Below are positions 9,185 to 18,511 of a stretch of DNA of 64,000 bases, piece by piece. The stretch is from Clostridiaceae bacterium (GTDB lineage: Bacteria > Bacillota > Clostridia > Acetivibrionales > DUMB01). The notes below the pieces were generated by a model. It did not search any database and had not been told where the DNA came from. It saw only the letters and a list, made by a program, of their open reading frames with translations. The stretch lies in the NCBI GenBank assembly GCA_012840085.1, contig DUMB01000094.1:84960-148959 (forward strand). The letters run 5' to 3'. Made by a program: the position numbers and the translations under genes. Within the stretch, counting starts at the first letter, position 1, and every line of letters starts with the position of its first letter.

Positions 9185-11012
9185 AAATTTTCCCACCCTC
9201 TGGTATAATAAAGCTTATTGTTGTCCCAATGTTGTCAGATTCAATGGAAAGACTGTATCTGTCCTTGTAAATCAGTTTTAACCGCGTATCCAAGTTTTTC
9301 AAACCGACAGCGTTATTATTATCTTGCTCCCCTTTACTTTCCAAATAGGATTTGAGCCATTCAATTCTTTCAGGTGATATCCCCGGCCCGTTATCACTGA
9401 CAGAAATAATGACATCATCACCTTTTACATATGCTTTAATGACTATACATACTGCTGCATAGTTTTTTTCAAGTACATGTTTTATTGAATTCTCAACAAG
9501 AATCTGTATCGATATTTTGGGAATCATTACATCAAGAGCATCATCTTCAATTTCATATTTTACTGTGAGCCTGTCCCCGAATCTGGCTTGTTGAATGGCC
9601 AGATAATCATTTATATACTGAATCTCATCCTGCAGCCTGACAAACTTTTTACCTTTTATGGTGTATCGGAATGTTGAAGCAAGAGCATTGACCATATCAC
9701 TGATCTGATACATTCCGGATTTTAAAGCAGTAGTTGATATAGCCTGCAAAGCATTGTATAAAAAGTGCGGATTAAGTTCTGCCTCGAGTGCTTTTAAAGT
9801 TGCATTCTTTTCCTCAATTTTCATGATATATTTTTCATTTATCAAATCATTTATTTTTTTTACCATTTGATTGAACTGGCTAGTAAGCTCTGCAATTTCA
9901 TCATTGCCTTTAACTTTTGCTTCCAGGTCAAATTTACCCTCACTAAAACTTCTCATTTTTTTTGTAAGCTTTTTAACAGGGCTAATGATTGCATTGGCGG
10001 ATAAAACAACTAAAATAACCGAAATGACTAAAATCACGCCTCCAATATAAATACTTTGCATCCTGTTCGTTTGAGCTGCATGATATATTTTCTTGTACGG
10101 AATAAGCTTGACAAGTTTAAACTTCAGATTATCTGAAGTGTCAAAAATAGTAAGATAATTACTGCCTTCAATTTCCCAGTCAAACATACCGGTGCCGGAC
10201 ATGGTAAGCTTATATTTAAAAGTATCCTGGTTAAAATGGTTATAATTATTTATATTATTCGTATAAAAAATGCTGCCGTCAGCACCCATGAACAGAAGCT
10301 GTTCGCCGTCAGTCAGGGAAGTGTTTTTTATTATTTCATTCAAACTGTTATAGTTGCAGAAAAAGGTTAATACAGCATAAGCTTTCTTATCCACAATATT
10401 TCTGATTGTTCTGTGATATGCAAAATAGCATTTATCCTGATTGACTGCATAAGAACTGTTTTTTGAAATAAAAAGGGGTTGAATATAAACGTTGTTTTTG
10501 CTTTCAATGGTCCTGCTGTACCAGTCTTCTTTTGATATTCCCTCTTTATAAACCTTTCTTACCTTAATATCCATACCATCGCCTCTGGATATGTATAAAT
10601 AGCAGTTCTGCTCAATCAAAAACAGGCAGACACTCTCGAAATCATTTCTGGAATAAAACAAACTTCGCACATAGTCTTCCAGATATGCCTGGGCTGTTAT
10701 TTCATCCGTTACCCCCATTAAAGCATTCATGAGGTTATCATACTTCAACTGTGGCAAGGATACCAAATTAACCTCTTTAAAATAGCTTTCAATGTTTTTA
10801 TTAATCAGGATGAGGTTGTTTCTATTGGTATCAATGATATTCTTCACAGATTCCTTTTCTATTATTTTATAAGAAGCAAAAGTTAAAGAAGTTATTGTAA
10901 GTATAATAATAGCTGAAAAAAGGAATACAAGCTTGTTTGCAAGCTTTCTGGTAAATACACTCTTTATAGTGCCTAAAATTGTGCAGATCGTTTCCTTCAT
11001 GTCTGGTAACAT
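9177..11012 (-). CDS. Sensor histidine kinase, YesM/LytS-type (two TM segments, extracytoplasmic domain, HAMP, His_kinase, HATPase)
   Basis: HAMP-like segment then the phosphoacceptor motif NPHFLYNALQAIS and an ATPase region (VSDNGPGI). An alternative start lies at the fifth codon (MKETIC). Confidence 0.85.
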   Translation of the reverse strand: MLPDMKETICTILGTIKSVFTRKLANKLVFLFSAIIILTITSLTFASYKIIEKESVKNIIDTNRNNLILINKNIESYFKEVNLVSLPQLKYDNLMNALMGVTDEITAQAYLEDYVRSLFYSRNDFESVCLFLIEQNCYLYISRGDGMDIKVRKVYKEGISKEDWYSRTIESKNNVYIQPLFISKNSSYAVNQDKCYFAYHRTIRNIVDKKAYAVLTFFCNYNSLNEIIKNTSLTDGEQLLFMGADGSIFYTNNINNYNHFNQDTFKYKLTMSGTGMFDWEIEGSNYLTIFDTSDNLKFKLVKLIPYKKIYHAAQTNRMQSIYIGGVILVISVILVVLSANAIISPVKKLTKKMRSFSEGKFDLEAKVKGNDEIAELTSQFNQMVKKINDLINEKYIMKIEEKNATLKALEAELNPHFLYNALQAISTTALKSGMYQISDMVNALASTFRYTIKGKKFVRLQDEIQYINDYLAIQQARFGDRLTVKYEIEDDALDVMIPKISIQILVENSIKHVLEKNYAAVCIVIKAYVKGDDVIISVSDNGPGISPERIEWLKSYLESKGEQDNNNAVGLKNLDTRLKLIYKDRYSLSIESDNIGTTISFIIPEGGKIYV

Positions 11013-11179
11013 CCCTCATAAAAATTGAAAACACACAATAATAAAAGTAACCCTGTTCCATTATACATAACAGCCATTGCAATATTTAATTTCAAATTAT
11101 ATTATGTTTCGACAAAATTTTCAAGTTTCGCATCCTGCTGGAAAACCTCAATTTGCTCCTTTAGCCTTTTTTACATACT

Positions 11180-12010
11180 CTAACCTTTTACAGCACCGGC
11201 GGTTACTCCTTTTACGATATGCTTCTGCATGAATATAAAGAATAGTATTGATGGTACTACTGCAAGGACAATAGCCGTCATAGTATATTGCCAATCGGTT
11301 ATATACTGTCCTATAAAGGTGTATGCAGCAAGTGTCAGAGTTTTTGTTTCCTTTGCTCCGTCAAGAAATATCAGCGGCAGCAGAAAATCGTTCCATATCC
11401 ACATTACGTCTATTATGACAATTGTACTGGTTATCGGCTTTAGCAAAGGAAATATTATTGAGAAGAACATTCTAAGCGTTGATGCTCCATCAACAATTGC
11501 ACTTTCATCTATTTCTTTCGGAACATTTTTAACAAACCCATGATACATAAATATTGCAGTAGGTGCTGCAAAACCCCAGTATAGTGTACCCAACCCCCAG
11601 ACATTATTGGGCAGATTAATAATCTTAAGAAACTTGATCAGGGTAATCATAATTGTCTGAAAGGGAATCAGCATGGGTGCAATACAAAAAATGTAAAGAA
11701 GCCAGCTTAGCCTGGACCTTGTTCTCGACAGCATAAACCCTGCGATGGAACAAAAGACAACAATTCCTAAAATAGCGGTAACTGTTACAATAACATTATT
11801 TAAAAATAGTCTTGGATAATTTATGTTTTTCCATACATACGTATAGTTCTCAAAATGCAAGGAAGCCGGAAGTGCAATAACATTGGTCATAACTTCTTTA
11901 AAACTCTTTAATGAATTTATAATCACTAAAAATATTGGATAGAGAAATACTGCAACAACTATGATCAGGATTATTTCAAGTACTATCAGGCTTTTTTTGC
12001 TTTTATCCAT
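11180..12010 (-). CDS. Carbohydrate ABC transporter permease (MalG/LplC-like)
   Basis: 6-TM protein with an EAA-loop region (EIDESAIVDGASTLRMFFSIIFPLLKP). Confidence 0.85.
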   Translation of the reverse strand: MDKSKKSLIVLEIILIIVVAVFLYPIFLVIINSLKSFKEVMTNVIALPASLHFENYTYVWKNINYPRLFLNNVIVTVTAILGIVVFCSIAGFMLSRTRSRLSWLLYIFCIAPMLIPFQTIMITLIKFLKIINLPNNVWGLGTLYWGFAAPTAIFMYHGFVKNVPKEIDESAIVDGASTLRMFFSIIFPLLKPITSTIVIIDVMWIWNDFLLPLIFLDGAKETKTLTLAAYTFIGQYITDWQYTMTAIVLAVVPSILFFIFMQKHIVKGVTAGAVKG

Positions 12011-12894
12011 TACACCTCAACCTCCTTGCTCTTGAAAAATGTCACCTGCACAAGTGTTATAACCAGTATTGCCACAAAGAGTAACAGCGCTTTTGCGGTT
12101 CCATAACCATAGAAATTATTTTGAAAAGCTTCCTTATATATATCATAGGTAATGCTGACTGTAGCGCCTCCGGGTCCGCCACCGGTCAAGGATACAATAA
12201 CGTCGAACACCTTAATTGAATTAGTTAATGCTAAAAATACACATGTCGTGACTGATGGCATTAAAAGAGGAAAAGTAACCGAAAAAAATCTTTTAATTTT
12301 CCCCGCTCCGTCCACAATAGAAGCTTCCAGCAACTCGTGCGGTATTGATTGAAGTCCGGCAATGTAAATAACAATATATAAGCCTATAGACTGCCATATG
12401 GAAACAATCAGTATAGACCAAAATGCCAATTTTGCATCTCCCAGCCAGCTCCATGAAAATACATTCCAGCCTGTGATCTCCCCTAAAGCGTTAAAGCCCT
12501 GCATAAAGATAAATCTCCAAATGAACCCCACGATTACCAAACTTAATATGTAAGGTATGAAAAATCCGGCACGGAGTATATTTGTGCTGTACAGCTTTTT
12601 ATCAAGCATTACAGCCAATAATAAAGCCAAAACATTAATGATGATAATAAATAATACCGAGTATCTCATGGTAAATACCGCTGAACTCTGAAATGAGCTG
12701 TCATTGACAAATATATTTTTAAAGTTTTCCAATCCTATAAATTTAGCTTCTCTGCTTATACCATTCCACTCGGTAAAAGAATAAGCCATGCTCATAATAA
12801 ACGGAACATAAATTATTAATGAAATTAGTACTATTACAGGTAATACATAAATTAAAAATTTAAATCTGCTTACACCTTTATTAATTACAAACAT
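12010..12894 (-). CDS. Carbohydrate ABC transporter permease (MalF/LplB-like)
   Basis: 6-TM protein with an EAA loop (LLEASIVDGAGKIKRFFSVTFPLLMP). Its stop abuts the next permease start. Confidence 0.85.
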   Translation of the reverse strand: MFVINKGVSRFKFLIYVLPVIVLISLIIYVPFIMSMAYSFTEWNGISREAKFIGLENFKNIFVNDSSFQSSAVFTMRYSVLFIIIINVLALLLAVMLDKKLYSTNILRAGFFIPYILSLVIVGFIWRFIFMQGFNALGEITGWNVFSWSWLGDAKLAFWSILIVSIWQSIGLYIVIYIAGLQSIPHELLEASIVDGAGKIKRFFSVTFPLLMPSVTTCVFLALTNSIKVFDVIVSLTGGGPGGATVSITYDIYKEAFQNNFYGYGTAKALLLFVAILVITLVQVTFFKSKEVEV

Positions 12895-13061
12895 GGTGTA
12901 CCCCTCACTTTCTAGAATTAAATTAATTATCTAATAAAGAGGAGCAATTAAAAATAAATATTCGTGACAAAGAGATGGTAATAAAGTGTACAATTTAAAT
13001 AATAAAAAAAGCTCATCCTTCTTCCGGGAAGGCCGCTTTATAATCAACAGGTTAAAGCCTA

Positions 13062-13105
13062 TAACCAAAATAAAAGCCTTGTGAACCACAAGGCTTTTAT
13101 TTTAC
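13062..13105 (-). terminator. Rho-independent (bidirectional-looking) terminator downstream of spoIIID
   Basis: GCCTTGTG aac CACAAGGC stem flanked by an A-run and a T-run (aaaataaaagccttgtgaaccacaaggcttttatttta). Confidence 0.7.
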
Positions 13106-13113
13106 CGGCATCT

Positions 13114-13374
13114 CTAGCTTTCCGCTTTGTTAAGGGCGTAACGTAATTTTGTTGCTTCTCCTCCTCGTATATGTCTCTCGGCTTTATTTTCTTCAAGTAC
13201 TGCCCTGACTTCATCTGCCAGGTCAGGTTTTATCTTCATTAATCTTTCAGTTACATCCTTATGTACGGTGCTTTTACTAATCCCAAATTTCTTGGCAGCT
13301 GCTCTGACGGTAGTTTTTTTCTCAATAATATAGTGGGCCAGTTCAATAGCTCGCTCCTCGATATATTCCTTCAA
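13114..13374 (-). CDS. spoIIID: Stage III sporulation protein D (mother-cell transcription factor)
   Basis: 86 aa with KFGISKSTVHKDVTERL...HIRGGEATKLRY, closely matching the SpoIIID HTH and C-terminal motif. TTG start with RBS AGAGGGGG. Confidence 0.9.
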   Translation of the reverse strand: MKEYIEERAIELAHYIIEKKTTVRAAAKKFGISKSTVHKDVTERLMKIKPDLADEVRAVLEENKAERHIRGGEATKLRYALNKAES

Positions 13375-13675
13375 TTGCTTATACCCCCTCTTACAAGCTA
13401 CTTTATATTAGAAGTATTGGACACAGCTTCGTGCTATTTTCGCGGGTTTATTAATTAACCTTCGAACCTTATACAGCAAAGTAATTTAGTTTTTACGAAA
13501 TTTATCAGTCATTACAGTAGTATATATATGCCATGAAAATCAGGGTTATGATTAAACTGAAGGCGAAAATGGCAGGTTTAGGAATGAAAAAGATGAATGA
13601 TTAATCACTCATCAGGATTACAAAAAAATGCAGTAACTCATCAGTATATAAAAAAAAGAATTTTAAAAAAAGAAT

Positions 13676-13707
13676 ACAAAAACCAGATATCAATATCTGA
13701 CATCTGG
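13676..13707 (-). terminator. Putative terminator after the spoIIQ-like gene
   Basis: CCAGAT (13683-13688) / ATCTGG (13702-13707) stem. On the minus strand it is followed by TTTTTG. Confidence 0.4.
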
Positions 13708-13748
13708 CCTTTGTATGTAATGGATATCTTTTAAAATGCTTCTGCTAT

Positions 13749-13805
13749 GTGATGTATTATCGGTTATTTGATGTATTATCAGTTACGTGATGTATCATCA
13801 GTTTT
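13749..13805. repeat. 19-bp tandem repeat x3 between the spoIIQ-like gene and spoIIID
   Basis: gtgatgtattatcggttat / ttgatgtattatcagttac / gtgatgtatcatcagtttt. Confidence 0.8.
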
Positions 13806-13829
13806 TGCCGGTATTTTATTTTTTAATGA

Positions 13830-14807
13830 TCAAGAATAGGGCAAATAATCCTTAGGATCTACAGGTTCGTCATTCTTTAACACTTCGAAGTGAAGGTGAG
13901 ACCGTTCTGCTGATTCAAAAATAGCTGTATCACCAACACTGCCGATTATTTCACCCTGTTCGATCTTCTGATTAGGATGCACCATTTCAGCGCTTGCCAG
14001 ATTTGAGTATACGGTTTTAATGCCGTTTGAATGTTCAATAATTACCGTAATTCCGAATCTGGGATCATTTTTTATACTGCTTACTACACCTTTAGCTACA
14101 GCTTTTACCGGCGTACCTCTGTCAGCGGCAATGTCTACACCACTGTGAGTCCTCCAGTCTTCCAAAGTTTTTGAATATACCAGTTTGTCCATTGAATAGT
14201 CAAATGTAATTTCGCCTAATACAGGCATAATAAATTTCTCTTCTGCTGCAATACTGGTCTTGGAACCGCTGTCTTTATTGGTGCTTTCATTTTTTGAACT
14301 GTTTTTGTCCGTCTTGCTGCTATCGTTTTTGTTGTCCTGAGCCTTGCTGCCGCTGTCTTTTTGAGTGTCTTTTGAGGATGATTTGTTAGTATTTTCTGCG
14401 ACATTTGTGCTCGATTTTACACCGGTCTCATTTGCCTTATCATCCGAGGCAGTTTTAGTGCCGGTATTGGCATTGGTGTCTGTGGAAGTACTACTGTCTG
14501 CGACTTTAGTTTCATCCCCATTCTCCCCGGGTGTAACCTTCTCAGTCCCTATCGGTTCCTCATCTGACGAGTAACCTTCCAGATCTGATCCTAGATCCGA
14601 AAAATAATCCTCTTCTGAACCATCAGGAATAATATCTTCACCTTCATAGCCCTCATTTGTTGAAGTTATATTGTGTGTAGTCACCAACACTACCGTTGCG
14701 CCTACAACAACTATACACAACATTAAAACGATATAAAACCCCTTTTTATCCAGGAATTCCAACAAGCTTTTTCTTGCGCCTTTACTACCTGAAAACAGCT
14801 TTTTCAT
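13830..14807 (-). CDS. spoIIQ: Membrane-anchored M23/LytM-domain protein, SpoIIQ-like by domain and position
   Basis: N-terminal TM (FYIVLMLCIVVVGATVVLV), about 140-aa S/T/N/K/D-rich linker, C-terminal LytM domain with HSGVD and HLHFE. Lies between spoIID and spoIIID. Start at ATG 14807 (RBS GGAGGTGG). Confidence 0.6.
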   Translation of the reverse strand: MKKLFSGSKGARKSLLEFLDKKGFYIVLMLCIVVVGATVVLVTTHNITSTNEGYEGEDIIPDGSEEDYFSDLGSDLEGYSSDEEPIGTEKVTPGENGDETKVADSSTSTDTNANTGTKTASDDKANETGVKSSTNVAENTNKSSSKDTQKDSGSKAQDNKNDSSKTDKNSSKNESTNKDSGSKTSIAAEEKFIMPVLGEITFDYSMDKLVYSKTLEDWRTHSGVDIAADRGTPVKAVAKGVVSSIKNDPRFGITVIIEHSNGIKTVYSNLASAEMVHPNQKIEQGEIIGSVGDTAIFESAERSHLHFEVLKNDEPVDPKDYLPYS

Positions 14808-14874
14808 AACATTTTCCACCTCCATATAATATTGTTACCGCCTTTGGCAACAATATACATGGATTCGGAAAAAA

Positions 14875-15894
14875 TTACTCTGCTGAAGCACTCTTGTTTT
14901 CGTAGTCTTCAATAGTTGTAAGCTCAACACCGCTATAGTAGTATTTTAGTATCTCCTCGTAATTCCCACCTATCTTAGCGAGGTGGTTAGCCCCCCACTG
15001 GCTCATCCCTACTCCGTGGCCGTATCCTGTTGTAGTTATTTTTATCGAGTCACTGTCATGTGCTTCAATTTTGAAATCTGCTGATCGGAGGGACAATATT
15101 CTTCTCAAGTCCGTTCCTTTCATCTCAACGTTCCCTATTCTCAGGGTTTTAACATTACCGCCCTCTGTGCGGTTCAGGATTTCAATGTCCTCTATAAGAT
15201 TTTCCTTTTCGAATTTTACATCAGGGTATTCCTTTTTTATTGCCTCCACAAATTCCTCATTATTCATTGTAATTGTATATATATAATTTGGAGCAACCTC
15301 TTCGCCGGCACTGGGTACACTTCTCAGATAGCTGACCTGTACTCCTTCCCAGACATCTTCGGAATTTTCAGTCTTTCCTCCGCTGGAAGAATGAAATACA
15401 GGGTTTATAACCTTCCCGTCGTGTATAATTATTGTACCTTCGGTTTCTTCTACTGCCCGCTCAACTTTTTTCCAGTTGCTGTTTGCTTTAAAAATTCCCC
15501 ATTTTTTCATGGCATCCTGTCTGCTGGTCCATGCCTGGCAATGGGTATGGTCAGTACATATATCAGCATCCTTGTGACTGTTATCTTTGGGAGTGTATAT
15601 TCTTTTCATTCTGGCATATACATATGTCCTTGCAGCAACCGCCTGTGCTTTTAATGTTTCAAGCTCAAAGTCCGCCGGCATCTCTGCAGCAACAACACAT
15701 TTCACATATTCCTCAAGATCCATTTCCTGAATCCTGTCTTCCGGAGCTATGTACACTTTGACCTTTATGCCTTCCACCTTTTTTTTCGGAGGCTCCTCTT
15801 CCTGTGGAGTGCTGCTGCATCCCCTTACAATAAGAAGAGGTATTAACACAATAATTATAATTATTACAATTATGTAATATATAATGTGTTTCAT
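14875..15894 (-). CDS. spoIID: Stage II sporulation protein D (lytic transglycosylase for engulfment)
   Basis: N-terminal TM, SpoIID-type motifs (AQAVAARTY, FHSSSGGKTENSEDVW, GHGVGMSQWGA). Position downstream of murA. Confidence 0.85.
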   Translation of the reverse strand: MKHIIYYIIVIIIIIVLIPLLIVRGCSSTPQEEEPPKKKVEGIKVKVYIAPEDRIQEMDLEEYVKCVVAAEMPADFELETLKAQAVAARTYVYARMKRIYTPKDNSHKDADICTDHTHCQAWTSRQDAMKKWGIFKANSNWKKVERAVEETEGTIIIHDGKVINPVFHSSSGGKTENSEDVWEGVQVSYLRSVPSAGEEVAPNYIYTITMNNEEFVEAIKKEYPDVKFEKENLIEDIEILNRTEGGNVKTLRIGNVEMKGTDLRRILSLRSADFKIEAHDSDSIKITTTGYGHGVGMSQWGANHLAKIGGNYEEILKYYYSGVELTTIEDYENKSASAE

Positions 15895-15964
15895 CTTTTC
15901 ACCGTTTTAATCAATTTTTATTTCCCGGTACAAGTCGAAACATTTCCCGGAATCAGCATAAAAA

Positions 15965-16017
15965 CAGCATAAAAAATAGGATATAAGGCCCGGTAAATTT
16001 ATCAAACCTATATCCTA
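15965..16017 (-). terminator. Putative rho-independent terminator after murA
   Basis: TAGGATAT(A)AGG / CCTATATCCTA stem (15977-16017, one bulge, 18-nt loop). On the minus strand it is followed by TTTTTT. Confidence 0.5.
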
Positions 16018-16034
16018 AATATATTCACGGCGAA

Positions 16035-16086
16035 AAGTATTATGATTATTCTTCTACCGATTAAGTATTATGATTATTCTTCCACC
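16035..16086. repeat. 24-bp direct duplication spanning the murA stop codon
   Basis: aagtattatgattattcttCtacc (16035-16058) and aagtattatgattattcttCcacc (16063-16086) differ at one position. The second copy contains the last codons and stop of murA. Confidence 0.85.
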
Positions 16087-17336
16087 CTTTTAATATCTGC
16101 ACCAAGAGCACTGAGCTTTTTCTCTATTTGTACGTAACCTCTGTCTATATGTTCTATGTCGGTTATTTCCGTTTCACCTTCTGCTGCAAGACCTGCAAGA
16201 ATAAGAGCTGCTCCCGCTCTTAAATCTGTAGCCTTCACCTGGGCACCTGTCAGATGCCCGTTACCCTCAATAATAGCACTTCTTCCCTCTATTTTTATAT
16301 TGGCTCCCATCCTTTTAAGCTCACTGACATGCATGAACCTGTTCTCAAATATGGTTTCAATTATCATACTGGTTCCTTCTGCTTTACTTAACAGAGATGT
16401 CATTTGAGCTTGCATATCAGTAGGAAAACCGGGATATGGATGCGTTTTTATATCAACTGCTTTAAGCCTCCTGGGCGCAGAAACACGTATGCTTGACAAC
16501 TCCTCTGATATTTCCGCTCCTGCTTCCCTCAGCTTTGCACTTACAGGCTTCAAGTGATCAGCAACTACATTTTCTATTACCACATCCCCTCCTGTAATTG
16601 CAGCTGCAACCATAAAAGTTCCTGCTTCTATCCTGTCAGGTATAACAGTGTGGCGCGTACCCTTGAGGCTCTTTACACCATTAATTTTTATTGTATCTGT
16701 TCCGGCTCCTTTTACATCCGCGCCCATAGAAGTCAAATATGTAGCCAGATCCACTATCTCAGGCTCAGTTGCTGCATTTTCAATAATAGTCTGTCCTTCT
16801 GCCAATACTGCCGCCATTATAATATTCTCAGTAGCACCGACACTTGGAAAATCCAGATATATTTTACTCCCTTTAAGTCTTCCGTTGGTTACTGCTTCAA
16901 TAAAACCATGTCCCTGAGATATTTTAGCACCCATAGCTGCAAAACCTTTAAGATGAAGGTCTACAGGCCTTGTTCCAATTGCGCATCCTCCGGGAAGTGA
17001 TATTCTGGCATAACCTGCTTTTGCCAGCAACGGTCCCATAACAAGAAAGGATGCCCTCATTTTATTTACAAGCTCATAAGGGGCGGTTGTATTAAGTAGT
17101 TTATCCGAAGAAATATATAATTTACTCTTGTCTTCGGAAAACTCTACTCCCGCCCCTATGGATTTAAGAAGTTCACACATTATCTTAACATCATTCAGAT
17201 AAGGAATCTCTTCTATAACACTCTGTCCATCTGCTAAGAGCGCTGCTGCGATTATAGGCAAAACTGAATTTTTGGCTCCACTTACTCTTACTCTTCCTTT
17301 TAAAGGTTTACTTGAGTTTATTATAAATTTGGACAA
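16074..17336 (-). CDS. murA: UDP-N-acetylglucosamine 1-carboxyvinyltransferase
   Basis: 420 aa with active-site Cys context [15 protein letters not shown] and the typical EPSP-synthase-fold sequence throughout. TTG start with RBS AAAGGAAG. Confidence 0.93.
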   Translation of the reverse strand: MSKFIINSSKPLKGRVRVSGAKNSVLPIIAAALLADGQSVIEEIPYLNDVKIMCELLKSIGAGVEFSEDKSKLYISSDKLLNTTAPYELVNKMRASFLVMGPLLAKAGYARISLPGGCAIGTRPVDLHLKGFAAMGAKISQGHGFIEAVTNGRLKGSKIYLDFPSVGATENIIMAAVLAEGQTIIENAATEPEIVDLATYLTSMGADVKGAGTDTIKINGVKSLKGTRHTVIPDRIEAGTFMVAAAITGGDVVIENVVADHLKPVSAKLREAGAEISEELSSIRVSAPRRLKAVDIKTHPYPGFPTDMQAQMTSLLSKAEGTSMIIETIFENRFMHVSELKRMGANIKIEGRSAIIEGNGHLTGAQVKATDLRAGAALILAGLAAEGETEITDIEHIDRGYVQIEKKLSALGADIKRVEE

Positions 17337-17466
17337 TTATAATCTTCCTTTCTCTGTGCATACCGGAACAACCGTTTGGATGTCCACCGTATTTAGCTTT
17401 TGTAATCTTGCATGCTTACCTCCCTAATAATTCCCCTTTCACATCAACATAAATAATATCATTTAT

Positions 17467-18237
17467 TTAATATTCTTTTGAAATAACCGGTGTAGCCAGC
17501 CATATATATGTTCTGTCTTCAAAGGCATTATATCTTATGGCCAGGTTAAGGTTTACTTTTTTATCATCAACTTTTATATAATCATCTATAACAGGCGAAT
17601 ATGCTGAAACACTTATAAGGTTTCTCTCTCTTATTCCTTCTACTTTTCTTGCTTCTGCTCCTTTGAAAATGGCTTTGGACACATCGTTCATCTGCTTGTC
17701 CGTCAGCTTGCCTTCAAAACTGCCTGTTATACAGGAATTTACATGAGCGTCAATACCATACCTATCCATAGCCGCAATAACTCTATCTCTGATTGCTTCC
17801 ATATCATCATTGGAAAGCTCCTTCAAAATCCTTACCGAAATATACCTTTCCGGCTTATCTGTCTTGTCATTTCTGATTTGTGAAACTACACTGATTGTTG
17901 TATTATTTTTCATAGTGGTACTCAGGTTAACTTCCTGTATGTAGTCATTGCGTACAGTATTTACCGTCACCTCTTCCTGTGATTCACCTTTTATATCATC
18001 CATAATATCCTTTGAAAGTTTCGTTAATTTATTAAAGTCGTTATATCTTATGTCTTCTATTTCACCCCAAAAATACATTTCAGCATTTACCACTTTTGCT
18101 CCGGAACTGTTGAAACACTTAACCAGTGTACTTTCAGGTGATTGAACGTTTTGTTGCATTTTTGTAAAATAAATTGAAAAAAATATAGCTAACACAAAAA
18201 TAAAAATTAAAAGCAGCATAGAATAGGACTTTTTCAT
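17467..18237 (-). CDS. ywmB: YwmB-family (DUF1779, TATA-box-binding-like fold) protein
   Basis: N-terminal TM and characteristic C-terminus VNLNLAIRYNAFEDRTYIWLATPVISKEY. Conserved position upstream of murA, as in Bacillus. Confidence 0.7.
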   Translation of the reverse strand: MKKSYSMLLLIFIFVLAIFFSIYFTKMQQNVQSPESTLVKCFNSSGAKVVNAEMYFWGEIEDIRYNDFNKLTKLSKDIMDDIKGESQEEVTVNTVRNDYIQEVNLSTTMKNNTTISVVSQIRNDKTDKPERYISVRILKELSNDDMEAIRDRVIAAMDRYGIDAHVNSCITGSFEGKLTDKQMNDVSKAIFKGAEARKVEGIRERNLISVSAYSPVIDDYIKVDDKKVNLNLAIRYNAFEDRTYIWLATPVISKEY

Positions 18238-18477
18238 GCATGTTCCCCCTTACTCTCAGACTTTTAGTAAAATTATTGCCCCTTTGCCGGGGGGATATAC
18301 ATGAAATTTTTTTGTGTAATGCTCTGAACTTGGCTCTAAATCTTAATTTTAAGCACATTGGCACTTTATGTATTCAACATAAAAAAGCATTAATTGCCAT
18401 TGAATTGCTTTTATTGAACCTTATAAAATCAATTAACTGCCATCGCCTCGCTTTCACTGACACTTATGTTTAGGTCT

Positions 18478-18507
18478 TGCAAAATTCATTTGCGCAAGCC
18501 GCAAATG
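18478..18507 (-). terminator. Rho-independent terminator after the SLH operon
   Basis: On the minus strand: CATTTGCG gcttg CGCAAATG followed by AATTTTG, immediately after the stop at 18512. Confidence 0.6.
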
Positions 18508-18511
18508 GCAG

